DNA of 64,000 bases from a virus (lineage: Duplodnaviria; Caudoviricetes), in IMG/VR virus record IMGVR_UViG_3300020576_006967, positions 124,934 through 188,933 of that record; one strand, 5' to 3'. This document shows, piece by piece, positions 9,300 through 22,030 of this stretch. Each line of letters begins with the position of its first letter. The first letter of the stretch is position 1. The notes beneath the pieces are model-generated. The model had not been told where the DNA came from, ran no database searches, and worked only from the letters and a program-made list of their open reading frames with translations. The translations under genes were made by a program, and so were the position numbers.

Positions 9300-11118
9300 A
9301 ACTCACAATGAAATTGTCAGATAATCAATTGAGCTCGCTTTTTATTTTAAAAGAAGAAAAAAGTCTAGGTCACAACAATAGCAAGTTAAATAAAAATACT
9401 ATGAATTCTTTGTATTTTAAAGGGTTAATAAGAAACGTTAATTATGCTAATGGCCCACATTGGGAAATGACAGACAAGGGCATAGAGTTTTTAGAAAAAA
9501 CAAAACGAGTGTGATTGATTGGAAAAAGGCAACCAGCAACCGAACTGTTTTTATTTATGTGCCAAAAACGCCCGATGTTTAAAAAAAACACACATAATTA
9601 TATTTATGTTTCGAACTATATTAATTGTACTATTATACCTTTCTTTTTCTGCTAAGTCTCAGATTTTTAGAACACAAGAGCAGCCAAAAATAAATCAGAA
9701 TTTCCAGCACACATTTATTAAAAAGCAAAACTTAATCTCTTACAAAGCTTCAAATTTTAAATTTACTCTTAAAGCAAATTTAAACGGCGGCGCTATACAA
9801 AACAGTTTTCAAAACAACTCTATTTCAAATTCAAACCTTGTAGGATATGATTTTAGGACCAAATATTACTTAACAAAAAGAGTTCATCTGGTTTTAAAAA
9901 CCAAGTTTAGTGGAACATCTGCAATTGCTTCTTTTGGAATATATTACATCCTAGAAAAAAAATAAAAAATCTGAAACCTTTTTAATTGTGTTGCGTATAA
10001 GTAACAACAACATTGTTTTAAATAATTATGGAAATTTATAAACGAAAGTACACCAACGGCTTGTTGATGTTTAGTGTTTTATTTTTTATGATTGCAAATG
10101 TTATTGATGGCTTGTTTTATTGGAAAGATGTTGTCTTGGTTTTAACAATACCAGTAACAATATGGTATTTTTTGTGTAAATTTGTATTTAAAAAACTAAG
10201 ATGAAAAACGAAATCGACGAAAAGATATTAGAGCAAAACAAAAAATTTGCTGAATTCATGGGCGGCAAACCAGTCGGAAACGGTTTTGAATTCTCAACCC
10301 CGCCAATTACAACAGATACAAGTAGGTTATTTCACATCGAAGATATTTCTTACCACTCTTCCTGGGATTGGCTTATACCTTTGTGGAGCAAATTAATTAA
10401 TGAACTGCGTGTCGTTGGAATTTTGGTCGAAGAAATGTCTGGCGCTGTTATGTCAAACGACGTTCAAGGTGCATGGGAAGTTGCCTGTAAGACCATTGGT
10501 AAAATCCCACAAAAAGTATGTAAAAACAAAGTCAATGGCAGTTGTCCACTACCTAATGTGCACTGTACATTTCCTAAATGTGAAGAATGATGAAACTAAG
10601 CAAAGGAAAAAAACTTATTTTTAAAGATAGAGAAGAAATCATTCTAAAGGCTAGCAACAATAGAAGAACAGGGTTGGTTTTAACTGATAAGCAAGAGTAT
10701 TCAACAGATTTTATTTGTCGATGGTTAGAATTTGGTTTTGTTAAATTAGAAAATAAAAAATGAAAAAAGAAGAAAAATCAATTTGTGATTTTATGTATAA
10801 TTTTACAAAAAAAAATTGGGATAAAATTGATAAGGAAAGATGCGAGTTGCATAAAATAGGCAAGGAAACTTTTTTAAAAGAGGTCAGTGAAAACGTACAA
10901 ACAGCGCTTTGGGTTTTGACAGAAATTTGTAATTGGGGTATGTATGGCGAAAAATTTCTGGAAGACATATGGGTAAAACAAATTGATGAAACTGATTTTC
11001 ATGTAATTAAAATTGAAGACAAATACATCAAGCTTAAATTCAACGGTTTGAATTATGAAGTTAATTTTTGCTCACCAAAAACAAAAACAGTAATTTATTT
11101 CGATTAAAACATACAACC

Positions 11119-11406
11119 ATGAACATCAACAAAGAAATAGGAGATAGAGTAAGAACCTATCGCAAAAAAGCAGGATACTCACAGCAAGACATCGCAGACA
11201 TGCTTGGCATAACAAGAGTTAATTACGTTAATATGGAAGCTGGTAAGCAGAACTGGCAAACCATTTATCTGTACAATGTGTGTAGGGTTTTTAAGTGTAG
11301 ACCAACCAATATTTTTCCAAAGATTGAATCTATCGAGTTAAAGAGTAAGGTTACCTCAAGAAGAGTTACAATTACAAGAAACAAGGAACGTTTCTTTAAA
11401 ATTTAA
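11119..11406 (+). CDS. XRE-family helix-turn-helix regulator
   Basis: IGDRVRTYRKKAGYSQQDIADMLGITRVNYVNMEAG. Confidence 0.85.
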   Translation: MNINKEIGDRVRTYRKKAGYSQQDIADMLGITRVNYVNMEAGKQNWQTIYLYNVCRVFKCRPTNIFPKIESIELKSKVTSRRVTITRNKERFFKI

Positions 11407-12426
11407 AAGCCAAAAATGAAAGAGAGTGAAATACATAATAATTTACCACACAAAGAACTAAGAGACTTTATCTCTTTATCATTGGTTAAAAACTTTCAAA
11501 AAGATTGTGATAACCAAAAAGAACGTGTTGGACCCATAAAAGATAATCCAGTAGAATGGGCCATTAAAGATTGCGAAAGCGAGATCGCCTTTTATCAAAG
11601 AAAGTTGGAGTTGCGAAAAGAACTTTTGGCGCTTACGCAAATAATGAAAATGAATAATTGGAGAGAATTTGATGTCTCCGATCAAGTTTCTCGTGATTCG
11701 GGTTTAAAATTAATTTTAAGTTTTATAGGTACAGAAAAAGAGGCCAATGAACTTGAATTAAAAATAAGTCATGAAAAAAAATAAAAAACTACTTTCAAGA
11801 TTAAAAGTTTTAAACAAAAAACTTAAAAAATCATTATCCACCAATAAGGAAAATGTAAAGACAATTAGAGGTCTTAACAAAATATTGGAACGCCAACCAG
11901 GCTTGTATTAAAAACTAGACAATTTTCTTGTATATTCCAGAATAATTTCATAATTTAGCAATTGTGAAAAACGGAAGAAAAATATTTATACCTGAACTAA
12001 ATACTTTTGGTATTGCATTCGACGTACAACTTGTTGTAAAAAACAAAAATGGTAGCGATGGTTTTGCAGATTGGGTAAAAACTATTGACGTAGAAACATT
12101 AGAGCGTCTAAAGAAAACGCAAGTTGAAAACGAAAATTTTATGTCCGCAGATGTAATTTACAAAGAACTTGAATCTAGAAAAACAAAAACATGAAATACC
12201 AAACATTAACATTAAACGAAGAAGAAAAATTGCTTGTAAAATTTCTTCTTGAACACACTAAAGATGGCGGAGCATCACCGCTAAAATATTTTAAAACTCT
12301 TGGACCAGACAAAGACAATATTTTAAACACACACGATTTTCTTCTTGGCAAAATAACAAGGAACTTAGAGTCTAATAAAGAAATTAATAAAGTGCCAGCT
12401 TTAAACAAGAAAAAGGCAAAAAAATA

Positions 12427-13191
12427 ATGAAAAAAATTAGCACATTATATAAAAAAGACCCAAAAGATCTTGGTAGAGTTACCAATGAAAAAAACCCTGA
12501 AAACTCATGGGTATTTGAAGGTTATGGTGTTGCTACACGTAAGTTTGATGGAACTGCTTGTGTAATTATAGATGCAGAAATCTATAAAAGATATGATGCA
12601 AAATTGAAGCCTTGTAAAGTTTTTGAAATTGGTGATACCGTGTCAAAACCAAGTAAAAAGCCTTTTAAAAACGGTGAATTAACTGATGAGATAGTCAGTT
12701 TCACGATCAACGAAAATGATCCGAATAAAAGACAAGCCGCAGTATTAAAAAATTCTGATTCTATTGTATCTTTAGAAGGCTTACAAGTGGTTGGAAAATT
12801 TTTAAACGAGTATTTTAAACCCCTGCCAGAGGGCGCAATCGAATGCCAGGAACCAGATTTAATAACTGGACACCACCCACATTGGTTAAAGTGCGATAGA
12901 GCAAATAGTGAAGATAAATACTTTTTTGAAGGTTTCGATTTATTACAAGACAAAGTTGATGGCACTTATGAACTTTGTGGTGATAAAATTAATGGAAACC
13001 CAGAGAGAATAAGTGGGCATCAACTTATAAAACATGGTTCTGAAATCGTTCATTTAACAAGCTTAGACTTTGATTATCTAAAAGAATTTTTATCTGATGC
13101 AAAAAATGATATTGAGGGAATTGTTTTCCATCACAGATCAGATGGTAGAATGTGCAAAATTAGAAAAAGAGATTTTGAAATTAAAAGATAA
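12427..13191 (+). CDS. RNA-ligase-like nucleotidyltransferase (DUF5565/RLIG1-like)
   Basis: Motif I TRKFDGT, GTYELCG..INGNPE, IEGIVFH and KIRKRDF. Confidence 0.7.
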   Translation: MKKISTLYKKDPKDLGRVTNEKNPENSWVFEGYGVATRKFDGTACVIIDAEIYKRYDAKLKPCKVFEIGDTVSKPSKKPFKNGELTDEIVSFTINENDPNKRQAAVLKNSDSIVSLEGLQVVGKFLNEYFKPLPEGAIECQEPDLITGHHPHWLKCDRANSEDKYFFEGFDLLQDKVDGTYELCGDKINGNPERISGHQLIKHGSEIVHLTSLDFDYLKEFLSDAKNDIEGIVFHHRSDGRMCKIRKRDFEIKR

Positions 13192-13811
13192 AGTATATAC
13201 AATGAAAAAAACAACCAGAACAACACTGTCCTCCAAAATACAGGAAATAAAAAATATTTTTGGAGAAAGAAGTGTTATAAGGTATTCAGAGTTAAACGGA
13301 AAAGATAAAGAACAATATGATGCTTTTATGCACATGGAAAAAGAAAATATGGTAGAAACATATTTTGAGGGGTATAAGGTTTTTATAAAACGTGTAAGTT
13401 TTTAAAATGACAATAAGTAACACAAACATATTTACCAAGTTGTTATTTTTCTTATTTGTTAAGCTTCACAAGGCTCATTTTGAACAAGAGTGGAATGGTA
13501 AAAAAAGATTGACGTTAATTGAGATAAGGGGTTTTAGAACGGCTCTAGTAGATGATTTATCTCAAAGGGCAATAACAACCTTTTATTGGAAATTTGGTAA
13601 ATGGTATATTTAAAGGAGGTATAAAATGGGAGTAACAACAACTGCAGATGAAAAGTTAAGAGATGCCAGAGAGAAAATAGAAGGCGCTTATAAAGATCTT
13701 CTTGAATTTTTAAATGAAGATACATATGGTCACGGAGATTATAAATCAGACTTTATTGATACTGTTCACGAGTTAGCTTTAGAATTATTAAAAATTAAAA
13801 GAAAATTATAA

Positions 13812-14333
13812 ATGTTAGTAGTAGTAGACGTAGAGGCCGATGGGCCGATACCAAATAAATATTCAATGGTTAGCTTTGGCGCTGTCATTGTAGAGCCTGG
13901 ACTTACCAAAACATTCTATGGAAAAGTAAGGCCAATTTCAGAGGAATGGATTCCAGAGGCGCTTAAAGTTTCTGGAATATCCAGAGAAGAGCACCTTGCG
14001 TTTGATGATCCTAAAGAAGTTATGGAAAAATTTGCTACCTGGTTAAAAGAAAACGTTAAAGGTCAACCTAAATTAATAAGCGATAACAATGGTTTTGACG
14101 CTATGTGGATCACTTATTACTTTCATTACTACCTTGGGCACAACCCATTTGGACATTCTTCAAGAAGAATTGGAGATTTGTATTGCGGTATGAAGATGGA
14201 TATTGGGGTTAATAATGAATGGAAGAAGTTAAGACAAACCAAACACACGCACAATCCAGTTGATGATGCTAAAGGTAATGCTGAGGCTATTTTAAAAATG
14301 AAAGAAATGGGCCTTAAAATGCCAAGTAAATAA
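13812..14333 (+). CDS. DEDDh 3'-5' exonuclease (RNase AS-like)
   Basis: VDVEADGP, NNGFD and HTHNPVDDAKGNA. Confidence 0.85.
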   Translation: MLVVVDVEADGPIPNKYSMVSFGAVIVEPGLTKTFYGKVRPISEEWIPEALKVSGISREEHLAFDDPKEVMEKFATWLKENVKGQPKLISDNNGFDAMWITYYFHYYLGHNPFGHSSRRIGDLYCGMKMDIGVNNEWKKLRQTKHTHNPVDDAKGNAEAILKMKEMGLKMPSK

Positions 14334-14690
14334 CAACTAAATGGGAACCAAGAAAAAAATAATATACGAATTTTTATATTGCTCATGTGTGCACGAAAGT
14401 TCGTGGGCAACTATGAGTTTGCACAAGACAAAAGAAGGCGCTAAAAAAGCAATGAAAAAACACAAAAGCGCCGAGCGTAGAAGGTTTAATAAAATTTACG
14501 AAGATAGCCCTGAGTTAAAAGAAATTGTAAAATTTGGAGAACACGAAAATTGGTGCATTGGAGAACAAGAGCTTCTTGATTAACTTAATATGCAATATAT
14601 AAATTATACAACAATTATAAATACACAATACACGTTTAACTACATTTTTGATGCAGGTGGATTTGTGTGCGGTGTTACTTTAAAGTTTTA

Positions 14691-15161
14691 TTAGCCTAAA
14701 GAACAGTTTAATGGCTCTATAACTAACTTTATTTTTTGTAGCTCGCTTGAACCATAATCATTTTCCCCAAAGGAAACGCTAACAACTTCTTTTACTTTTA
14801 TTGTCCAGGTTTCTATTGTAATACCAGTAGGGTCTAAGTCTTTTATTGTGAAAATAAATAGTACTTGTTTGTTTGGGTCTGTTACACCCTTGTTAGAGAA
14901 TTTGTTTTTTTTATTTTTACAATGATCTATTATTTTAAGTAACCCAACAGAAGGAGATAATTCACCTGCAACGTCCAACATTTCAATAGATATATGACCC
15001 CAGGTATAATTGTTTTTGTCATGATAAGTTAACCTGGGTTTACTTACAGTTTGCACCAAATAAGATTCTATCCCAAATTCACTAGGAAATTCTAAAATGA
15101 ATCTATTTTCTCTTTTTGGTTCCAACTCAATAGGAGTTTGTTTAAATTTTGTGTCAGCCAT
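14691..15161 (-). CDS. T4 gp19-like tail tube protein (isolated copy)
   Basis: EPKRENRFILEF..P..WGHISIEMLD..LDPTG..ETW..FGENDY pattern. Confidence 0.6.
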   Translation of the reverse strand: MADTKFKQTPIELEPKRENRFILEFPSEFGIESYLVQTVSKPRLTYHDKNNYTWGHISIEMLDVAGELSPSVGLLKIIDHCKNKKNKFSNKGVTDPNKQVLFIFTIKDLDPTGITIETWTIKVKEVVSVSFGENDYGSSELQKIKLVIEPLNCSLG

Positions 15162-15415
15162 AGTTGTTGTTTTTTTAATAACTAGACCAAAATAAAAAAT
15201 TGCAAAATTGATAAAAAAATATTACCTTTATTTTTACAAAAAAAACCAAAATGGACAAAGAAAAAAAAGAGCAGCTATTTAGCCAATACGAAAAATTAAA
15301 GGGCGCTGTCCTAAAAACTGTTCAGGAAGACAGTGGATCTATTAAGGAAGATGTTAATGAATTGCTAGAGCAATTTGGATATGAGTTAAAATTAATAACC
15401 GAAGATTCTAAATAA

Positions 15416-16312
15416 ATGGAAAATCCAAAAAGAGCAATTGTAATACAAGGAGGCGGCTCGTTTGGCGCTTTTACGGTTGGAAGAATATTAAAAAGTCAAA
15501 AACAATATGATATGGCAGTGGGTTCTTCTACTGGAGCATTGATAGCGCCTCTGGCTTTAATGCAAGAATATGATGTTTTAAAAGATAACTATACCAATGT
15601 TGAAAACAAAGACATATATAGCCATTATCCATTCTGGAAAAATGGTGTACCGAAAATTTATATGGCTCTGTGGGCGTGGATAAGACAAAAAAAAGGTCTT
15701 ACTGATAGTAAACCATTGAGAGAGTTGATAAGAAAGGCATATACAGAAAAAACACACAACGATATAATTCAATGCGGCAAAGAATACTATGTAACAGTAT
15801 GTGTTTTAAATTCACTTCAAACCGCATCTCAATATGTATGCTCCAGTGATTTTGAAAATAATTACGAGGAGTTTTGTGATTTAATATGGGCTTCCACATT
15901 AATTCCAGGACTGTTTGAGCCTCTTTTAAGAGAGGTTGATGTTAGAGTCAATGTTTTTCCTGGAAAGACAGAAAAAAACAGAGTTTTTGCCGAGTTGGTA
16001 GATGGAGGAACGGTTGAAAACTTGGGTTTAAAAAAGGCAATTGAATTAAACTGTACAGATATTGATGTTTATATGCACACGGTTAAAGCAAGTGGTTTTA
16101 AAGAAGTTGGAAAGAACTATATCCACAATCTTATTAGGGCTATTGCTATACAAAGACAAGAGGTTACTGAAGATGATTTATTTGGCACAAAAATACCAGA
16201 TGGAACAAATGTGAATTTGCACTATATGCCATTTAAACCAATAGGTGCAAGCATTTATGAATTTGACAAAAAAGTAATGACAGACTGGTTCAATAAAGGA
16301 TATAATTTATAA
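15416..16312 (+). CDS. Patatin-like phospholipase
   Basis: GGGSFG, GSSTG nucleophile elbow and DGG motif. Confidence 0.9.
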   Translation: MENPKRAIVIQGGGSFGAFTVGRILKSQKQYDMAVGSSTGALIAPLALMQEYDVLKDNYTNVENKDIYSHYPFWKNGVPKIYMALWAWIRQKKGLTDSKPLRELIRKAYTEKTHNDIIQCGKEYYVTVCVLNSLQTASQYVCSSDFENNYEEFCDLIWASTLIPGLFEPLLREVDVRVNVFPGKTEKNRVFAELVDGGTVENLGLKKAIELNCTDIDVYMHTVKASGFKEVGKNYIHNLIRAIAIQRQEVTEDDLFGTKIPDGTNVNLHYMPFKPIGASIYEFDKKVMTDWFNKGYNL

Positions 16313-16509
16313 TGGAAGTTTTATTTGTAAATGATTGGCTGCTTCTTAGACAGCGTATTTTTGAAGAAATAAGGTTTTCAAGACTCGATTTACAAGATTA
16401 TAATTTACCAGAAATGCACATCAGTGGTGAAGGTAATTATTGGAATGTAAATCTAAAACCAAAAGTTTCAGCAAGGGTTATAAACATAACAATCTTTCCA
16501 GATACTTAG
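16312..16509 (+). CDS. MEVL-tag family small protein
   Basis: Starts MEVLFVNDWL. Confidence 0.6.
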   Translation: MEVLFVNDWLLLRQRIFEEIRFSRLDLQDYNLPEMHISGEGNYWNVNLKPKVSARVINITIFPDT

Positions 16510-18907
16510 CCATTGAAACCTTTATTATTTAGTTACGTATAAGAGATATGTTTAATAAATACACGAAATGAACACAGAAGAATTAAAATTAAAATACAGT
16601 CTACAAAAAATGTATGTTATACTTGTGGATAGTAAAGAATCAAAGTTTAAAGCTGGTGACATAATCACAAATGGTAAAGAAACCAAGATAGCCACACATT
16701 CAAGTGGTTTTTTAAATTTTAAAAATTGGGGTTACAAAAAACGAGATCTTATTTTCGCCTCACAAAGTTTCATAAACTTGGGCGAATTATTAATAAAGCC
16801 AAATATTGTAGAAGGTAAAATCGTAGACTTTGATGGCAGCGAGATCAAAGAGGCTAACATGTCATATTCAGAGGGCCCAGAAGCTCTCAAGGTATTTGCT
16901 TCGACTGGGCATGAATATTATAATCTTGCCAAAATAAAACCAGAATTTATAGATTTGTATTTTAAACGTGAGGGCGGAATTAAAGTTACAAACGTTGTTG
17001 TGCACAGATACACAAAAGATAGATATGCGCCGCAAAAAAATGAAGATGGCACTGTAAACACAAGGCCAGTTTTTAGAAAATTTAAACGTTTTAAAGGTGG
17101 AAAAAAATAACTACAATTTCATTCCAATACTGGTGCCAACAAATAGACGTGAGGCTCCGATATGTAAAATGAATAACGGAAAGCTGTGCGCAAACACCAA
17201 TGCTAGTTCTAGATGGGCTCTATATGATCTATTCATTATATCTGATAGACCGATAACCACAGATTCCCAATTGGCTTTTTCAGCAACAATGCAAATTGTT
17301 AAAATTACTCAAAACACAAGCGCTGATTTTTTAGTAATAGAAGCGTGCACAAATTCAAATTTGAATATATTAAATATTGAACAGGACTTCATAAAGTCTT
17401 TTATAGACTGCTTTAACAAAAGAAAACCAATTTTTGAAGTCAAATTTATTGTAGTAGAAAATCACATAAAAATTACAAAAATAAAGAAAAATGAAAGTAG
17501 TTGGTTACGCACAAATAAGTTCTAATACCACAACTGGTATGAGCGCAATTCCCATGGAAAGATTTAACGGCAAAATTTGTCGTGTGTTTGAATTTGCTTC
17601 TGATGGAGGCGTTCTTGTTATTGATTCTCAATGTACTGGTATAGCAACGTTTGATAAAGAAGATGTGTTAAGAAAATTCGAATGTACATCACAAGGAGAT
17701 GTGTTAATGCCGAAAGATTTGAATGAGATGGAACAAATTCTTTATATGGGAAAAGTAATGATGAGAAAAGGTGGATATAATGAACTTTTAAAAAACATGG
17801 TAATAGCATCCAGTCTTTCAAAAGGTGAGTTTTATGATGATTTTTTATTTCAAAACCAAGATTAATATGCAGTAAATGAACAAAGAAGATTATGAAAAAG
17901 ACCTAAAAAAAAGGCAAGAACAACACTTAAAAAACATACAAGGTTTCAGAGAATCTACTTGGCAACCCTGCTTACACGATAGTTGCTCTTCTTGTCTTGG
18001 TACTGGCGTTAAAGAAAACGGTTCAATATGTATACATTTTATAAGCTGCAGTTGTCCAAAATGTTCTCCGCAATGTTTGGCTAGCAATGCCATGCACACA
18101 CAAACAATAAGCAACGCCTACAACGATCTTAAAAACAAAGTTGAAATTCCATTTAGGCACAAAAAAGTTTTAGATTGGGATAAAGTTGAAAGCGTTTGGG
18201 ACAAATATTTTAAAGGTTAAAAAATATGAACTTAAATAAATTAAAAGAAATTCTAAATTACAACATGATATCTGATGATCAAAAGGAAGATCTTATAATT
18301 GAATGTCTTTCTTCTGATGAAAAAATTATTCCGATCATCATGAAAATTTTAGATAAAGAGAGGTCATCAAAAAAAGAAATTGTGAGAGAGTTGAATAACC
18401 TGGTTTCAAAGGCAGAAGCCGCATTGGGCACTCCTCGTCTTAACAAAGAAGGGTTTATTCAAAAAGAAATAAATGACTTTTTTAAAAAACATGAAGAAAC
18501 AAAAGGGGTTTTTCACGCATATAAAGAACAGTAATGACCCCTGAAGAATATATAGCTGAAAAGATGAAGGAATTTGCATCAAACATTGACGAGTTTGATG
18601 TTGGCTGCGAGGTTAAAGATTCAAATGGTGTTGTGTGCTCTGTAAAAGAAAAAACAGCAAATTCTATTTGTGTATATATAAAAATAAAAACAGATAGAGG
18701 TTTAGTGGAAGGAACCCAGTGGTATGATATGAGAGATTTTAATAAAAGGTTTAAAAAAATATGAAACCTTCCTTGTTTTTTTGCGTATAAAAGGTCATGA
18801 TACAAGTCGGCAATAATATTTATCACCTTTCTCCAATGGGTTGGATTTTGTGTGGTAAAGTTAAAATTGGCTCAGATGGGCCTTTTGTCGAATGGTATGA
18901 ATAACAA

Positions 18908-19004
18908 GGCGGTTTCTTTGTAGAATACGTTCAGCTTAGGGCGTATGCAGGTTTTGACGAGGATAAGCGCTCGTTGAGTTTAGGTTCGAACCCACCAACC
19001 GCCA
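18908..19004 (+). ncRNA. tRNA-like RNA (degenerate tRNA or tRNA mimic)
   Basis: GGCGGTT/AACCGCC acceptor-like stem plus A, GGTTCGAACC T-loop, two internal hairpins, no canonical D arm. Confidence 0.45.
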
Positions 19005-20967
19005 CGATATTATAAAAATGAAAAGTGAAATGCTAGATAATTTGCGCAAGCATCTTGATTCCGAAGAAGGAAAAAAACAGATGAAAGAGTGGTTTGAAAA
19101 AGAAGCCAGACTTGTCGCTATTCACAATTCTCAACTGGAAAGATTTAAAAATAAGTTTGGTCACAGACTCTCTGAACTTATCGAAAAAATTAAAATTAAG
19201 TATCGCTCAGATAAATATTATACATCCTGGATAAAAAGAGGCATTGAACCGCCTGAAGATCTATATTTCTTTTTATTTGATTATGCTGAAAAATATGGCA
19301 GAGAGGCCACAGAAGAAGAGTTTAAGGATTATAGTAACATGTTCACTGGTGAGCTGTATTTTATTGATGGTTTCTTTTTTAATAAAATGAATGGTCAGGG
19401 CACAGTGGTTCAAATAGAAAAAAAGCGTGAAATCTAAAGAAGAAATAGATATTGAAAAGGGTAGACTTAGGAAACTTAAAGAAGTTCTTCCTGAGTTTTC
19501 TTTATTTGGAGATTCCAATCATTTAACTATTGATGCCCAGATTGATGTTTTGGATGGTATTATTTCCGACGAAGACGAAGCCTGGGAAAGAGAAGATGAT
19601 CTTGGAGAGGGCGTTATGGATGTCATAGATGCCATTAATTGGCTCAGTGGTAATTACGATGGTTCCTTAGTAAACGACCATGATTTGGTGCCTAAGAAGC
19701 CAAAAAAAGACCCATTAGAGGTGCTTAGAACAAGATGGAGAAGGTGGATTGGACAAAAATGTCGTATTGATAAAAATGGCTGGGTGGATTTATTTCATTC
19801 CGATTGGGCAAGTTGGCCAAACAACGTAAAGAAAAGAAATAATTTACCTTATAAACATTTAAATTGGGCAACATCTGGGGCTGCTGAACTTTACGCTCAC
19901 TTTTTGGAATCTATAAATGTGGCAAGCATTGATGAATTAAGAACGCTTGATAATATTTATGTTGAAAACAATTTTGAAAAAATTGAAAACAGGAAAAAAA
20001 GAAAATAATGGACTGGAATTTATTTGTATTTAAAAAAGGTTTTAAGCATTATTTGGTTCCTGCCGAATCTGAAGAGAACGCCTGGGAGCTTTTACAAAAG
20101 AAGTTGAGTTGGAAAATGGAAGTTGTTAAAAAAACGTGTGAGCTAGTTGAAATTATGAATTGCAATAGTGAAATTTTATCTTTAAAATAACCAATTAAAA
20201 TGACAGACAAACAAATAGTATACACAGTTTTAATTGGCACTGCAACAATGTTTATTTCAGTGTGTGTTTTTTTAATATTTTTCATAAGGAAACATAACAA
20301 AAAAATTAAAGAAAAAAACCTCTCTAAATGATTAAGGTTCCAAGAAAAAAGAAAAAACAAATTCCAGAAGGAGTATATTGTTATACGATGACTTCTGGTT
20401 TTAAAGAACTTGGTGGTGGTGAATATGGCTATACAATTAAGTCTTGCCCTTTTTACAAACATGTTGAAGGTATTGAGGGCCATTGTAAACTTTTAAATTG
20501 TGAAACAGAAGACCAGTTAAAAGATTGTGGAATAAAAGATAAAATAAAATTTAATGAGACAATTTAAACCAGTGTACGGACCAAAGGTGGATCTTGATGA
20601 CCCTGAAACTTACGATTATCTTCCTAAAACAGAGAAAGAGTTAGATGCACTTATGTTTAGAGAAATTGGATATGCACTTGTGTATATGGATTATTTTAAA
20701 GATAGAAGAAAGTTTTTTCCAAAAAGAAAAAATAAATCTGACATGGTAAGATTTTGCGATATCTTCACAGATAAAAAATACGCAAAAAATACGACTCTCA
20801 TAGATGTAAACAACGCAGCTTATGACCAAAGACAAAGAGTACAAAAATTGATTCAAAGTTTTGCGGACAATAGAAGAAACAACCACGGCAACGTTCTATG
20901 GTATCAGGAACAAATCTTTTTATTTCAAGATGAAATAGAAAATATGTGTTAATTAAAAAAACAAACC

Positions 20968-21585
20968 ATGATAGTAAGCAAAATTAAATTTCCAAAATTT
21001 ACAGGCATTAAATGTATTATGATGCCTTTTATCCAGGGTGATAGCTCTTCACTTCCTGAAATCTATAAACCATACAAAAAAATTATAGATGAGAACTTTT
21101 TAGAGAAAGGTCAAATTGGTTTTTTAACCATTGATGAAGATTTTGTTGAGGGCGGTAAATCACAACGTGGCTATAACGATGCTGGTATAACCCGCAACGT
21201 TCACATTGAGGTTGGTAGAACAAAAATGGGAAATCGCTGGGGCAGTGGCGGCGGAAGCTCATGGGGTGGAAAAAGAAGCACTCGTTTAAAAGACAGCACA
21301 ATGGTTTTGATCGCCAATAGCATTTCAGATACTTGTCGTGTATGGAATACAAAAGATAAATCTTATACAAAAAACGGAGATCTAAGTAAGTACATTGACA
21401 AATATCCTGAAAACACAGGTATTACTATGAAAAAAGGAGAGCTGGCAAAAATAAGCATATTTACTCCACACGAATGTGTGCCACAAAAAAAACCAGGACA
21501 AAGACAATTTTTTAGAATTGTTGGTAAAGGTGTTACTGGTCGTGAAAAATACTTCACAGTTAATCCATTGGTGTCAATCAAATAA
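20968..21585 (+). CDS. Hypothetical protein, possible double-stranded beta-helix (2OG-Fe oxygenase-like) fold
   Basis: VHIE, TPHEC and RQFFRIV motifs. Confidence 0.35.
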   Translation: MIVSKIKFPKFTGIKCIMMPFIQGDSSSLPEIYKPYKKIIDENFLEKGQIGFLTIDEDFVEGGKSQRGYNDAGITRNVHIEVGRTKMGNRWGSGGGSSWGGKRSTRLKDSTMVLIANSISDTCRVWNTKDKSYTKNGDLSKYIDKYPENTGITMKKGELAKISIFTPHECVPQKKPGQRQFFRIVGKGVTGREKYFTVNPLVSIK

Positions 21586-21781
21586 GTTATGAAGCTAAAA
21601 GATTATATCAAACAACTTAAAAAAATAAAACCAGAGCTACAAGATGTGGATGTTAAAGTTGTGGCGGAAAACGGTTTGCTGTTTGACCCTAAAGCGAAAT
21701 TTGTTTTAAAAGATCCAATGGATCCTTTAAATATTAGCAAAAAAAATGTAGAAACGATTGTTATAACTTACTAAAAAAAAT

Positions 21782-22030
21782 ATGATTCCAAGAAATTGCC
21801 AGGAAGTAATTGCTTCCATGATTGAAAAAGTTCCTGTTGACAAAGAAGATTTTATCAGAGATCTAAATTGGAATTTAAAAGATGCCATATATAAAGCCCC
21901 AGAAGAAACATTGCAATGGCATAGAACTCAGCAAACTTTGATTGCACATATTCCAAGACCAAAACAAGAGTGGGAGTTCGAAGTTGTCAGCATTTTTACA
22001 ACGGTTGGGTGTATATGTAGTGGTGGATAA
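21782..22030 (+). pseudogene. Hypothetical gene interrupted at its 3' end by the cassette (native tail at 22710-22746)
   Basis: Joining 22002 to 22710 restores the frame ...SIFTT-RPVDELKAMYP-stop. Confidence 0.65.
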
